From: Eledone cirrhosa
Taxonomy: Eukaryota
DNA: 64,000 nucleotides
Direction of reading: 5' to 3'
NCBI GenBank assembly: GCA_964016885.1
Contig: OZ024740.1
Location: 420,856,001 to 420,920,000, forward strand
Below the pieces are notes generated by a model, which was given only the letters and a program-made list of their open reading frames with translations, did no database searches and was not told the DNA's origin. This document shows, piece after piece, positions 42,700-59,100 of this stretch. Positions within the stretch are counted from its first letter, which is position 1. Each line of letters begins with the position of its first letter. Both the position numbers and the translations under genes were made by a program.

Positions 42700-42920
42700 T
42701 TTGTCGGCACGGACATGCGTTGTGTTCTTAAGCAAAGCACTTTATTTCATGTTGTTACAGTATACTCAGCTGAGAGTGAGTACCAGCAGTAGCTGGGGAG
42801 TTAACCCTGCAATATACTGGCATCCTGTCCAGGTGGAAGTCTTGTACTCTCAGTCACTTAATAACAAGGAAACTGAGGTGTAAGCACCAGCCTGGTGAAC
42901 CTTCAACTTAAAACAAACTT
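42700..42920 (+). mobile_element. CORE-like SINE family 2, 5'-decayed
   Basis: Collinear with 12285-12480. Confidence 0.8.
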
Positions 42921-43365
42921 CAATACTGGAGTATAGCTGAAGTGTCAAATTTTATTTATATATTTTATTGTTTTTGTTTTTAAGAAACCATTTCCCTCTG
43001 GATGTTATTTAGTTGAAACACCAAATACTGGATACCTGGCTATCAACAAACTTTATTGATAAATTCATTGATTAATGGGTTGTTGTTGTTTTTTATCAAT
43101 AATCAAGTGTTTTACATTATTAATTATATATTACTAGCATTAGAATCACAATGGAAGTAAAAGGTTAATGAACTTCACAATTAGTGTAACGGTTGAATTA
43201 TAATTAGGAAGTAGGATGATATACAGCTGTAAAATTAATTGCTCCAACCCCTCCCCAATCCTACTCCCCTGGACCCCACCCAGTGTTAAGCTGGAAAATA
43301 AGTGTAAAAAGGAATCATGTTTTAATTGGTGTATTTTGAAATCTTATTCAGATACAATATTTTTA

Positions 43366-43690
43366 TACACACAATCACAAACACACACACTCACACACTC
43401 ACAATCACACACTCACAGACACTCATACACACATACACACATTCACACACATACACACACACTCACACACATACACACACACTCACACACATACACACAC
43501 ACACACACTCACAATCACACTTACACTCACAGTCACACACTCACAGACACTCATACACACACATACACACTCACTCACTCACACACATACACACACATAC
43601 ACACACTTACTTACACACACACATACACACACTTACTTACACACATACACACACTTACTTACACACATTCACACACAGGCACACACACTT
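43366..43690. repeat. Degenerate (CA)n
   Basis: Direct reading. Confidence 0.9.
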
Positions 43691-44323
43691 GTATTAAAAC
43701 TAATCTCTAAGCCTTTTATTTTTAGCTCACAGGGCTCAGTGTTCTTAATGAACCCTGCCATTTCTGTATGGTAGATAAGGGCTGTTGGTTTGATAACCCT
43801 TAAGAAAACATTCAATTCAAACTGTGACCATCCTATTTTTAAGGCATATCTACAACTAAGTTATAATAATCAAAATTATTGTCTACAGTGCTCAGATGCA
43901 CTACAATTCATCAAAGGTTCATGTATGGTACATAGGATAATGTACAAAAGTTATTGAATTTGTTCTTTCTTTCCATCTTTAAGCTGGTATATTTACATTT
44001 AAGGGACATGTGTCTGCTATTTCTAGCATTTCACATGTATGTGGAACAGATATGAAATATCTTCAAATATTAATTGTTTCTACATTTGGCACAAGGCCAG
44101 CAATTACCCAGTGCATTACTGGTACAATATTAATATTGTTTATTTAGCTTTCAGCTACCATTGACTCAAGCTATGGTTATATTCAATTATGTGAGGTTAA
44201 TCAGCTGTATATAACAATGGCTGGCTGGTTCTTCACTAGAACGATATGAATGTTGTGAAGGTTATGCCTTTCCTAAAGGCTTTAATGATGTAACTGAATG
44301 GAAATAACTGCTACCAGGTTTCG

Positions 44324-44517
44324 ATTAATTAATGAAGAATTTTGAGGGATTTATTAAAATGATCAATTATTTCATTACTAAGAAAGTAACTTAATGTAAA
44401 GTTCTTATATAAAATTATGCTGGAGGAATTTAATTTAAATTGGAAACCTTTAAAATGGGTGACTTTATTTCATAGAACCAGAGTCAGTTTTGGCTGGGTT
44501 GGTAACAAAAGAGTTAA
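44324..44517. mobile_element. piggyBac-like MITE family B, partial
   Basis: Collinear with 10813-10999. Confidence 0.7.
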
Positions 44518-44621
44518 AGTTTGTCAATAAAAACATGAAAAAAAAATGAGGTTAATAGTTTAATCAATGTTTATTATAGAAGTAAATATGTTAAATATAG
44601 TTATTAGATCATGCAGCGAGC

Positions 44622-44823
44622 TACGAGGGTTGGCTGAGAAGTTCATAGGCTGACCAAGATACTCTCACGGAATGACCAAATGAGATTTATTTTTCAACAT
44701 AGTCTTTGGAAAGAAACATGCATGCAGTTGTTAAAAAGAAGTGAAATTAATGCATGCAAGATTTCACAGCTCTAGCATCACTCATTCATAGCCAGCTTAT
44801 GAACTTTTCAGCCGACCCTTGTA
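44622..44823. mobile_element. Mariner-type MITE
   Basis: TA-cgagggttggctgagaagttcata ... tatgaacttttcagccgacccttg-TA imperfect terminal inverted repeats with TA target duplication. Confidence 0.8.
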
Positions 44824-45986
44824 GTCTTGTTTCTAAAAATAATCTCTCCCACAATCCAGGCTCTGGGAAAGGATTGTTTAGACTAAAATAAATGAAACAG
44901 TAGATATCATTAGTCCCCAGAGCCATTGCTATCTTTAGGGTTCAACAGAAATACTAATTTTCATGATAAAAATGAATTAAACTGGGAGTAATTTTTTTAT
45001 TTATTTTTAAAATATCTTATATCATTTAGTGAACAATAGCATCGTTGGTAACAGGTATCCTACAAGTGAATTACTGGTTCACTGCATTTCTTATGAGAAT
45101 TTTACAGACTCTACTCCTCCATATAGTCTCTCCCGAGAGTGATACAAACCCTACCCCTCCATATAGTCTCTCCCGAGAGTGATACAGATCCTACCCCCCC
45201 CCCCCCCCCATATAATCTTCTCTCATTCACATCCCTGATTTCTTTTCCCTCACCCAACCTTTGCCAACATAGAAAGACAGATGCACCTTCTGCCTTCTGC
45301 AGAGTACTGCCACACACTGCTTACTTCCTCCCTCAGAATCCCCCCCGCCCCCTCATCCTTGGCCAAGCATACTAGCTTGGAAAGTAGAATGCCCTCCTCT
45401 TTTTTGTTGCAGGGCACCTTGTTCTCCTCTCATACCACACCATGAAGTGGCTAGTGTTAGGGAGGGTATTCAGCCATGGAGGCCCAGAATGGAGCATATG
45501 AGCTGCCTAGTCTCGGAATGCAGCAAGAATGCAAAATAGATGATAAATGGTGATGACGTGATGATGATGAACCTGATGCAAAAACAAACACTGCATTGTA
45601 TTTTTGTTAGCACCAATTTGGGGGTTTTCTCACTGGTGTTTACATTTTTCAGAACACAGACATATATATATATAATATATATATTATATAATATATATAA
45701 TATACATATATACATATATACATATATATATACTGACTGTTTCAATTGATGAGATTGTGAATACTTTAATGTTTTCATATGCTAACCGGTCGATACAATA
45801 ATTACATTGTTTTCATAGCTTTAGTCTTCTGGCTGGGATGTTGTATTGCAGTTACTCTCTTGTGTATGCTCCAAACGATTTTGTTGAGCAAATTGTAAAT
45901 AACAAGATCAGAATCACTTGATATCGATCTAAACCATTATTATATATATATATATAATTATATATATATTATATATATATATATAA

Positions 45987-46182
45987 GGGCGGTGAATTGG
46001 CAGTATCGGTAGAGGGTCGGACACCATGCTTTGATGCATAGAGTTACAGCCCTTGCCATTCTGAGTTCAAATCTCGCCGAGGTTAACTTTGCCTTTCATC
46101 CTTACGGGGGGTCGATAAAATAAAGTACCAGTAATGTACTGGGTAATTGCTAGCCTTGAGCCAATAGTAGAAACAATTATTA
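45987..46182 (+). mobile_element. SINE family 1 inside an AT tract
   Basis: Highly similar to 20933-21129. Confidence 0.9.
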
Positions 46183-46302
46183 TATATATATATATATTCA
46201 TTTATTATGGTTTGTGAGTTTTATTACTGTGGAGTAACAAAACACAATACATTTTCTCTTGTCCATCAACTACATATGAGCATATAGTACATATATATAC
46301 AT

Positions 46303-46503
46303 ATCATCATCATCATCATCATCATCAGGTTTAGCGTCCGTGTTCCACGCTTGCATGGGTTTGGACGGGGGTTTTCCCACTTGAGGCAAGAGTGGTTGTC
46401 TTGCTCGCATAGGACTGTCTGGCGGGTTTTCTACAGTTGGATGCCCTTCCTAACACCAACCACATTTACAGTGTGGGGCTGGGAGGTTTTTACCGTGTTG
46501 CCT

Positions 46504-46510
<7 letters not shown>
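46303..46510 (-). mobile_element. RTE 3'-UTR fragment flanked by AT repeats
   Basis: (ATC)n tail; matches 6238-6434. Confidence 0.93.
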
Positions 46511-46534
<24 letters not shown>

Positions 46535-47169
46535 GCTAAAGCTGTGAAATCTTATATGCATCCAGGGTACTACACAGGGAAATAGAACTTGGAACCATGT
46601 GGTTGTGAAGCTAACTTCTTACCCACACAGTGTCACCTTCAGCCATGCAGTTAACAATTTCTCTATTTCTTCATACCTATAATTTGTAATCAGTACTTTA
46701 AGAAAGTATTAAAGATCTATCAGTTAATTTCACCACATAATGTTTGGTGTATATATATATGTGTATCTGGGAGAAAATAACTATTTGCTAGTATCTACAT
46801 TTTTTCACTGTCATTGTATTAACGATGTCTTATGTTAGAAATAGCCCCCAATCTTTCCTCTTCAACTTTCTCTATCATCAGTTTACTGGTTTTTTCTTTG
46901 TTTTTTCTTTATATTTTCTTTTATTTTTCCTCTTTTTCTTCATCTCACTACTTCTCTGCCCCTCCCCTTAATTTCTTCACATGTTCCGTTCTCTTATTAT
47001 GTATGGCTCTCGCCCCACCCCTTTCATGCTCTCCTTAATCCAATGATATCAGATATCAACAAAGTTTTGTGAAATTTTTCTAATCTTTCAATGCCAAAAT
47101 GAAATCATTATGGTGAGTTATAAGTTGTATTATTCATTGCTTGATAGGTTTGAACAACGACAATGGTCA

Positions 47170-50100
47170 CAGAACCTCTACCCCAGGGTGAGATACAGAC
47201 ATCCTATTAACTCTTTAGACACTAAGCCAACACCCATTTGACTTGGCTAACAGTTCCTCTACCCCAGGGTGAGAAACAGACAACCTATTAACTCTTTAGA
47301 CACTAAGCCAACACCCATTTGACTTGGCTAACAGTTCCTCTACCCCAGGGGGAGATACAGACAACCTATTAACTCTTTAGACACTAAGCCAACACCCATT
47401 TGACTTGGCTAACAGTTCCTCTACCCCAGGGGGAGATACAGACAACCTATTAACTCTTTAGACACTAAGCCAACACCCATTTGACTTGGCTAACAGTTCC
47501 TCTACCCCAGGGGGAGATACAGACAACCTATTAACTCTTTAGACACTAAGCCAACACCCATTTGACTTGGCTAACAGTTCCTCTACCCCAGGGTGAGATA
47601 CAGACATCCTATTAACTCTTTAGACACTAAGCCAACACCCATTTGACTTGGCTAACAGTTCCTCTACCCCAGGGTGAGATACAGACAACCTATTAACTCT
47701 TTAGACACTAGGGCCAACACCCATTTTACTTGGCTAACAGTTCCTCTACCCCAGGGTGAGATACAGACATCCTATTAACTCTTTAGACACTAAGCCAACA
47801 CCCATTTGACTTGGCTAACAGTTCCTCTACCCCAGGGTGAGATACAGACAACCTATTAACTCTTTAGACACTAGGGCCAACACCCATTTGACTTGGCTAA
47901 CAGAACCTCTACCCCAGGGTGAGATACAGACATCCTATTAACTCTTTAGACACTAAGCCAACACCCATTTGACTTGGCTAACAGAACCTCTACCCCAGGG
48001 TGAGATACAGACAACCTATTAACTCTTTAGACACTAAGCCAACACCCATTTGACTTGGCTAACAGTTCCTCTACCCCAGGGGGAGATACAGACAACCTAT
48101 TAACTCTTTAGACACTAAGCCAACACCCATTTGACTTGGCTAACAGAACCTCTACCCCAGAGTGAGATACAGACAACCTATTAATTCTTTAGACACTAAG
48201 CCAACACCCATTTGACTTGGCTAACAGAACCTCTACCCCAGGGTGAGATACAGACAACCTATTAACTCTTTAGACACTAAGCCAACACCCATTTGACTTG
48301 GCTAACAGTTCCTCTACCCCAAGGGGGGATACAGACAATCTATTAACTCTTTAGACACTAAGCCAACACCCATTTGACTTGGCTAACAGTTCCTCTACCC
48401 CAGGGGGAGATACAGACAACCTATTAACTCTTTAGACACTAAGCCAACACCCATTTGACTTGGCTAGCAGTTCCTCTACCCCAGGGGGAGATACAGACAA
48501 CCTATTAACTCTTTAGACACTAAGCCAACACCCATTTGACTAGGCTAACAGTTCCTCTACCCCAGGGTGAGATACAGACAACCTATTAACTCGTTAGACA
48601 CTGAGCCAACACCCATTTGACTTGGCTAACAGTTCCTCTACCCCAGGGTGAGATACAGACAACCTATTAACTCTTTAGACACTAAGCCAACACCCATTTG
48701 GCTTGGCTAACAGTTCCTCTACCCCAGGGTGAGATACAGACAACCTATTAACTCTTTAGACACTAAGCCAACACCCATTTGACTTGGCTAACAGTTCCTC
48801 TACCCCAGGGTGAGATACAGAAAACCTATTAACTCTTTAGACACTAAGCCAACACCCATTTTACTTGGCTAACAGTTCCTCTACCCCAGGGTGAGATACA
48901 GACAACCTATTAACTCTTTAGACACTAAGCCAACACCCATTTGGCTTGGCTAACAGTTCCTCTACCCCAGGGGGAGATACAGACAACCTATTAACTCTAT
49001 AGACACTAAGCCAACACCCATTTGGCTTGGCTAACAGTTCCTCTACCCCAGGGGGAGATACAGACAACCTATTAACACTTTAGACACTAAGCCAACACCC
49101 ATTTGGCTTGGCTAACAGTCCCTCTACCCCAGGGGGAGATACAGACAACCTATTAACACTTTAGACACTAAGCCAACACCCATTTGACTTGGCTAACAGT
49201 TCCTCTACCCCAGGGGGAGATACAGACAACCTATTAACTCTTTAGACACTAAGCCAACACCCATTTGACTTGGCTAACAGAACCTCTACCCCAGGGTGAG
49301 ATACAGACAACCTATTAACTCTTTAGACACTAAGCCAACAGCCATTTGACTTGGCTAACAGAACCTCTACCCCAGGGTGAGATACAGACAACCTATTAAC
49401 TCTTTAGACACTAAGCCAACACCCATTTGACTTGGCTAACAGTTCCTCTACCCCAGGGTGAGATACAGACAACCTATTAACTCTTTAGACACTAAGCCAA
49501 CACCCATTTGACTCTGCTAACAGTTCCTCTACCCCAGGGTGAGATACAGACAACCTATTAACTCTTTAGACACTAAGCCAACACCCATTTGACTTGGCTA
49601 ACAGTTCCTCTACCCCAAGGGGGGATACAAACATCCTATTAACTCTTTAGACACTAAGCCAACACCGATTTGACTTGGCTAACAGTTCCTCTACCCCAAG
49701 GGGAGATACAGACAACATATTAACTCTTTAGACACTAAGCCAACACCCATTTGACTTGGCTAACAGTTCCTCTACCCCAGGGGGAGATACAGACAACCTA
49801 TTAACTCTTTAGACACTAAGCCAACACCCATTTGACTTGGCTAACAGTTCCTCTACCCCAGGGTGAGATACAGACAACCTATTAACTCTTTAGACACTAA
49901 GCCAACACCCATTTGACTTGGCTAACAGTTCCTCTACCCCAGGGGGAGATACAGACAACCTATTAACTCTATAGACACTAAGCCAACACCCATTTGGCTT
50001 GGCTAACAGTTCCTCTACCCCAGGGTGAGATACAGACAACCTATTAACTCTTTAGACACTAAGCCAACACCCATTTGGCTTGGCTAACAGTTCCTCTACC

Positions 50101-53100
50101 CCAGGGGGAGATACAGACAACCTATAAACTCTATAGACACTAAGCCAACACCCATTTGGCTTGGCTAACAGTTCCTCTACCCCAGGGGGAGATACAGACA
50201 ACCTATTAACACTTTAGACACTAAGCCAACACCCATTTGGCTTGGCTAACAGTTCCTCTACCCCAGGGGGAGATACAGACAACCTATTAACACTTTAGAC
50301 ACTAAGCCAACACCCATTTGACTTGGCTAACAGTTCCTCTACCCCAGGGGGAGATACAGACAACCTATTAACTCTTTAGACACTAAGCCAACACCCATTT
50401 GACTTGGCTAACAGAACCTCTACCCCAAGGGGAGATACAGACAACATATTAACTCTTTAGACACTAAGCCAACACCCATTTGACTTGGCTAACAGTTCCT
50501 CTACCCCAGGGGGAGATACAGACAACCTATTAACTCTTTAGACACTAAGCCAACACCCATTTGACTTGGCTAACAGTTCCTCTACCCCAAGGGGGGATAC
50601 AAACATCCTATTAACTCTTTAGACACTAAGCCAACACCCATTTGACTTGGCTAACAGTTCCTCTACCCCAAGGGGAGATACAGACAACATATTAACTCTT
50701 TAGACACTAAGCCAACACCCATTTGACTTGGCTAACAGTTCCTCTACCCCAGGGGGAGATACAGACAACCTATTAACTCTTTAGACACTAAGCCAACACG
50801 CATTTGACTTGGCTAACAGTTCCTCTATCCCAGGGGGAGATACAGACAACCTATTAACTCTTTAGACACTAAGCCAACACCCATTTGACTTGGCTAACAG
50901 TTCCTCTACCCCAGGGGGAGATACAGACAACCTATTAACTCTTTAGACACTAAGCCAACACCCATTTGACTTGGCTAACAGTTCCTCTATCCCAGGGGGA
51001 GATACAGACAACCTATTAACTCTTTAGACACTAAGCCAACACCCATTTGACTTGGCTAACAGTTCCTCTACCCCAGGGTGAGATACAGACAACCTATTAA
51101 CTCGTTAGACACTAAGCCAACACCCATTTGACTTGGCTAACAGTTCCTCTACCCCAGGGTGAGATACAGACAACCTATTAACTCTTTAGACACTAAGCCA
51201 ACACCCATTTGACTTGGCTAACAGTTCCTCTACCCCAGGGGGAGATACAGACAACCTATTAACTCTATAGACACTAAGCCAACACCCATTTGGCTTGGCT
51301 AACAGTTCCTCTACCCCAGGGTGAGATACAGACAACCTATTCACTCTTTAGACACTAAGCCAACACCCATTTGGCTTGGCTAACAGTTCCTCTACCCCAG
51401 GGGGAGATACAGACAACCTATTAACTCTATAGACACTAAGCCAACACCCATTTGGCTTGGCTAACAGTTCCTCTACCCCAGGGGGAGATACAGACAACCT
51501 ATTAACACTTTAGACACTAAGCCAACACCCATTTGGCTTGGCTAACAGTTCCTCTACCCCAGGGGGAGATACAGACAACCTATTAACACTTTAGACACTA
51601 AGCCAACACCCATTTGACTTGGCTAACAGTTCCTCTACCCCAGGGTGAGATACAGACAACCTATTAACTCTTTAGACACTAAGCCAACACCCATTTGACT
51701 TGGCTAACAGAACCTCTACCCCAGGGTGAGATACAGACAACCTATTAACTCTTTAGACACTAAGCCAACACCCATTTGATTTGGCTAACAGAACCTCTAC
51801 CCCAGGGTGAGATACAGACAACCTATTAACTCTTTAGACACTAAGCCAACACCCATTTGACTTGGCTAACAGTTCCTCTACCCCAGGGTGAGATACAGAC
51901 AACCTATTAACTCTTTAGACACTAAGCCAACACCCATTTGACTCTGCTAACAGTTCCTCTACCCCAGGGTGAGATACAGACAACCTATTAACTCTTTAGA
52001 CACTAAGCCAACACCCATTTGACTTGGCTAACAGTTCCTCTACCCCAGGGGGAGATACAGACAACCTATTAACTCTTTAGACACTAAGCCAACACCCATT
52101 TGACTTGGCTAACAGTTCCTCTATCCCAGGGGGAGATACAGACAACCTATTAACTCTTTAGACACTAAGCCAACACCCATTTGACTTGGCTAACAGTTCC
52201 TCTACCCCAGGGTGAGATACAGACAACCTATTAACTCGTTAGACACTAAGCCAACACCCATTTGACTTGGCTAACAGTTCCTCTACCCCAGGGTGAGATA
52301 CAGACAACCTATTAACTCTTTAGACACTAAGCCAACACCCATTTGACTTGGCTAACAGTTCCTCTACCCCAGGGTGAGATACAGACAACCTATTAACTCG
52401 TTAGACACTAAGCCAACACCCATTTTACTTGGCTAACAGTTCCTCTACCCCAGGGTGAGATACAGACAACCTATTAACTCTTTAGACACTAAGCCAACAC
52501 CCATTTGGCTTGGCTAACAGTTCCTCTACCCCAGGGTGAGATACAGACAACCTATTAACTCTTTAGACACTAAGCCAACACCCATTTGGCTTGGCTAACA
52601 GTTCCTCTACCCCAGGGGGAGATACAGACAACCTATTAACTCTATAGACACTAAGCCAACACCCATTTGGCTTGGCTAACAGTTCCTCTACCCCAGGGGG
52701 AGATACAGACAACCTATTAACACTTTAGACACTAAGCCAACACCCATTTGGCTTGGCTAACAGTTCCTCTACCCCAGGGGGAGATACAGACAACCTATTA
52801 ACACTTTAGACACTAAGCCAACACCCATTTGACTTGGCTAACAGTTCCTCTACCCCAGGGGGAGATACAGACAACCTATTAACTCTTTAGACACTAAGCC
52901 AACACCCATTTGACTTGGCTAACAGAACCTCTACCCCAAGGGGAGATACAGACAACATATTAACTCTTTAGACACTAAGCCAACACCCATTTGACTTGGC
53001 TAACAGTTCCTCTACCCCAGGGGGAGATACAGACAACCTATTAACTCTTTAGACACTAAGCCAACACCCATTTGACTTGGCTAACAGTTCCTCTATCCCA

Positions 53101-56100
53101 GGGGGAGATACAGACAACCTATTAACTCTTTAGACACTAAGCCAACACCCATTTGACTTGGCTAACAGTTCCTCTACCCCAGGGTGAGATACAGACAACC
53201 TATTAACTCGTTAGACACTAAGCCAACACCCATTTGACTTGGCTAACAGTTCCTCTACCCCAGGGTGAGATACAGACAACCTATTAACTCTTTAGACACT
53301 AAGCCAACACCCATTTGACTTGGCTAACAGTTCCTCTACCCCAGGGTGAGATACAGACAACCTATTAACTCGTTAGACACTAAGCCAACACCCATTTTAC
53401 TTGGCTAACAGTTCCTCTACCCCAGGGTGAGATACAGACAACCTATTAACTCTTTAGACACTAAGCCAACACCCATTTGGCTTGGCTAACAGTTCCTCTA
53501 CCCCAGGGTGAGATACAGACAACCTATTAACTCTTTAGACACTAAGCCAACACCCATTTGACTTGGCTAACAGTTCCTCTACCCCAGAGTGAGATACAGA
53601 CAACCTATTAACTCTTTAGACACTAAGCCAACACCCATTTTACTTGGTTAACAGTTCCTCTACCCCAGGGTGAGATACAGACAACCTATTAACTCTTTAG
53701 ACACTAAGCCAACACCCATTTGACTTGGCTAACAGTTCCTCTACCCCAGGGGGAGATACAGACAACCTATTAACTCTTTAGACACTAAGCCAACACCCAT
53801 TTGGCTTGGCTAACAGTTCCTCTACCCCAAGGGGGGATACAAACATCCTATTAACTCTTTAGACACTAAGCCAACACCCATTTGACTTGGCTAACAGTTC
53901 CTCTACCCCAAGGGGAGATACAGACAACATATTAACTCTTTAGACACTAAGCCAACACGCATTTGACTTGGCTAACAGTTCCTCTACCCCAAGGGGGGAT
54001 ACAAACATCCTATTAACTCTTTAGACACTAAGCCAACACCCATTTGACTTGGCTAACAGTTCCTCTACCCCAGGGTGAGATACAGACAACCTATTAACTC
54101 GTTAGACACTAAGCCAACACCCATTTTACTTGGCTAACAGTTCCTCTACCCCAGGGTGAGATACAGACAACCTATTAACTCTTTAGACACTAAGCCAACA
54201 CCCATTTGGCTTGGCTAACAGTTCCTCTACCCCAGGGTGAGATACAGACAACCTATTAACTCTTTAGACACTAAGCCAACACCCATTTGGCTTGGCTAAC
54301 AGTTCCTCTACCCCAGGGGGAGATACAGACAACTTATTAACTCTATAGACACTAAGCCAACACCCATTTGGCTTGGCTAACAGTTCCTCTACCCCAGGGG
54401 GAGATACAGACAACCTATTAACACTTTAGACACTAAGCCAACACCCATTTGGCTTGGCTAACAGTTCCTCTACCCCAGGGGGAGATACAGACAACCTATT
54501 AACTCTTTAGACACTAAGCCAACACCCATTTGACTTGGCTAACAGAACCTCTACCCCAGGGTGAGATACAGACAACCTATTAACTCTTTAGACACTAAGC
54601 CAACACCCATTTGACTTGGCTAACAGAAGCTCTACCCCAGGGTGAGATACAGACAACCTATTAACTCTTTAGACACTAAGCCAACACCCATTTGACTTGG
54701 CTAACAGTTCCTCTACCCCAGGGTGAGATACAGACAACCTATTAACTCTTTAGACACTAAGCCAACACCCATTTGACTCTGCTAACAGTTCCTCTACCCC
54801 AGGGTGAGATACAGACAACCTATTAACTCTTTAGACACTAAGCCAACACCCATTTGACTTGGCTAACAGTTCCTCTACCCCAAGGGGGGATACAAACATC
54901 CTATTAACTCTTTAGACACTAAGCCAACACCCATTTGACTTGGCTAACAGTTCCTCTACCCCAAGGGGAGATACAGACAACATATTAACTCTTTAGACAC
55001 TAAGCCAACACCCATTTGACTTGGCTAACAGTTCCTCTACCCCAGGGGGAGATACAGACAACCTATTAACTCGTTAGACACTAAGCCAACACCCATTTGA
55101 CTTGGCTAACAGTTCCTCTACCCCAGGGTGAGATACAGACAACTTATTAACTCGTTAGACACTAAGCCAACACCCATTTTACTTGGCTAACAGTTCCTCT
55201 ACCCCAGGGTGAGATACAGACAACCTATTAACTCTTTAGACACTAAGCCAACACCCATTTGGCTTGGCTAACAGTTCCTCTACCCCAGGGTGAGATACAG
55301 ACAACCTATTAACTCTTTAGACACTAAGCCAACACCCATTTGACTTGGCTAACAGTTCCTCTACCCCAGGGTGAGATACAGACAACCTATTAACTCTTTA
55401 GACACTAAGCCAACACCCATTTGGCTTGGCTAACAGTTCCTCTACCCCAGGGGGAGATACAGACAACCTATTAACTCTATAGACACTAAGCCAACACCCA
55501 TTTGGCTTGGCTAACAGTTCCTCTACCCCAGGGGGAGATACAGACAACCTATTAACACTTTAGACACTAAGCCAACACCCATTTGGCTTGGCTAACAGTT
55601 CCTCTACCCCAGGGGGAGATACAGACAACCTATTAACACTTTAGACACTAAGCCAACACCCATTTGACTTGGCTAACAGTTCCTCTACCCCAGGGGGAGA
55701 TACAGACAACCTATTAACTCTTTAGACATTAACCCAACACCCATTTGACTTTGCTAACAGTTCCTCTACCCCAGGCGGAGATACAGACAACCTATTAACT
55801 CTTTAGACACTAAGCCAACACCCATTTGACTTGGCTAACAGTTCCTCTACCCCAAGGGGAGATACAGACAACCTATTAACTCTTTAGACACTAAGCCAAC
55901 ACCCATTTGACTTGGCTAACAGTTCCTCTACCCCAGGGTGAGATACAGACAACCTATTAACTCGTTAGACACTAAGCCAACACCCATTTGACTTGGCTAA
56001 CAGTTCCTCTACCCCAGGGTGAGATACAGACAACCTATTAACTCTTTAGACACTAAGCCAACACCCATTTGACTTGGCTAACAGTTCCTCTACCCCAGGG

Positions 56101-59100
56101 TGAGATACAGACAACCTATTAACTCTTTAGACACTAAGCCAACACCCATTTGGCTTGGCTAACAGTTCCTCTACCCCAGGGGGAGATACAGACAACCTAT
56201 TAACTCTTTAGACACTAAGCCAACACCCATTTGGCTTGGCTAACAGTTCCTCTACCCCAGGGGGAGATACAGACAACCTATTAACACTTTAGACACTAAG
56301 CCAACACCCAATTGGCTTGGCTAACAGTTCCTCTACCCCAGGGGGAGATACAGACAACCTATTAACACTTTAGACACTAAGCCAACACCCATTTTACTTG
56401 GCTAACAGTTCCTCTACCCCAGGGGGAGATACAGACAACCTATTAACTCTTTAGACATTAACGCAACACCCATTTGACTTTGCTAACAGTTCCTCTACCC
56501 CAGGCGGAGATACAGACAACCTATTAACTCTTTAGACACTAAGCCAACACCCATTTGACTTGGCTAACAGAACCTCTACCCCAAGGGGAGATACAGACAA
56601 CCTATTAACTCTTTAGACACTAAGCCAACACCCATTTGACTTGGCTAACAGTTCCTCTACCCCAGGGTGAGATACAGACAACCTATTAACTCGTTAGACA
56701 CTAAGCCAACACCCATTTGACTTGGCTAACAGTTCCTCTACCCCAGGGTGAGATACAGACAACCTATTAACTCTTTAGACACTAAGCCAACACCCATTTG
56801 ACTTGGCTAACAGTTCCTCTACCCCAGGGTGAGATACAGACAACCTATTAACTCTTTAGACACTAAGCCAACACCCATTTGACTTGGCTAACAGTTCCTT
56901 TACCCCAGGGTGAGATACAGACAACCTATTAACTCTTTAGACACTAAGCCAACACCCATTTTACTTGGCTAACAGTTCCTCTACCCCAGGGGGAGATACA
57001 GACAACCTATTAACTCTTTAGACACTAAGCCAACACCCATTTGACTTGGCTAACAGTTCCTCTACCCCAGGGGGAGATACAGACAACCTATTAACACTTT
57101 AGACACTAAGCCAACACCCATTTGACTTGGCTAACAGTTCCTCTACCCCAGGGGAAGATACAGACAACCTATTAACTCTTTAGACATTAACCCAACACCC
57201 ATTTGACTTTGCTAACAGTTCCTCTACCCCAGGCGGAGATACAGACAACCTATTAACTCTTTAGACACTAAGCCAACACCCATTTGACTTGGCTAACAGA
57301 ACCTCTACCCCAAGGGGAGATACAGACAACCTATTAACTCTTTAGACACTAAGCCAACACCAATTTGACTTGGCTAACAGTTCCTCTACCCCAGGGTGAG
57401 ATACAGACAACCTATTAACTCTTTAGACACTAAGCCAACACCCATTTGACTTGGCTAACAGTTCCTCTACCCCAGGGTGAGATACAGACAACCTATTAAC
57501 TCTTTAGACACTAAGCCAACACCCATTCGACTTGGCTAACACTTCCTCTACCCCAGGGTGAGATACAGACATCCTATTAACTCTTTAGACACTAAGCCAA
57601 CACTCATTTGACTTGGCTAACAGAACCTCTACCCCAAGGGGAGATACAGACATCCTATTAACTCTTTAGACACTAAGCCAACACCCATTTTACTTGGCTA
57701 ACAGTTCCTCTACCCCAGGGGGAGATACAGACAACCTATTAACTCTTTAGACACTAAGCCAACACCCATTTGACTTGGCTAACAGTTCCTCTACCCCAAG
57801 GGGAGATACAGACAACCTATTAACTCTTTAGACACTAAGCCAACACCCATTTGACTTGGCTAACAGTACCTCTACCCCAGGCGGAGATACAGACAACCTA
57901 TTAACTCTTTAGACACTAAGCCAACACCCATTTGACTTGGCTAACAGTTCCTCTACCCCAGGGGAAGATACAGACAACCTATTAACTCTTTAGACACTAA
58001 GCCAACACCCATTTGACTTGGCTAACAGTTCCTCTACCCCAGGGGAAGATACAGACAACCTATTAACTCTTTAGATACTAAGCCAACACCCATTTGACTT
58101 GGCTAACAGTTCCTCTACCCCAGGCGGAGATACAGACAACCTATTAACTCTTTAGACACTAAGCCAACACCCATTTGACTTGGCTAACAGTTCCTCTACC
58201 CCAGGGGAAGATACAGACAACCTATTAACTCTTTAGACACTAAGCCAACACCCATTTGACTTGGCTAACAGTTCCTCTACCCCAGGGGAAGATACAGACA
58301 ACCTATTAACTCTTTAGACACTAAGCCAACACCCATTTGACTTGGCTAACAGTTCCTCTACCCCAGGGGGAGATACAGACAACCTATTAACTCTTTAGAC
58401 ACTAAGCCAACACCCATTTGACTTGGCTAACAGTTCCTCTACCCCAGGGTGAGATACAGACAACCTATTAACTCTTTAGACACTAAGCCAACACCCATTT
58501 GACTTGGCTAACAGTTCCTCTACCCCAGGGGGAGATACAGACAACCTATTAACTCTTTAGACACTAAGCCAACACCCATTTGACTTGGCTAACAGTTCCT
58601 CTACCCCAGGGTGAGATACAGACAACCTATTAACTCTTTAGACACTAAGCCAACACCCATTTGACTTGGCTAACAGTTCCTCTACCCCAGGGGGAGATAC
58701 AGACAACCTATTAACTCTTTAGACACTAAGCCAACACCCATTTGACTTGGCTAACAGTTCCTCTACCCCAGGGTGAGATACAGACAACCTATTAACTCTT
58801 TAGACACTAAGCCAACACCCATTTGACTTGGCTAACAGTTCCTCTACCCCAGGGGGAGATACAGACAACCTATTAACTCTTTAGACACTAAGCCAACACC
58901 CATTTGACTTGGCTAACAGTTCCTCTACCCCAGGGGGAGATACAGACAACCTATTAACTCTTTAGACACTAAGCCAACACCCATTTGACTTGGCTAACAG
59001 TTCCTCTACCCCAGGGGGAGATACAGACAACCTATTAACTCTTTAGACACTAAGCCAACACCCATTTGACTTGGCTAACAGTTCCTCTACCCCAGGGTGA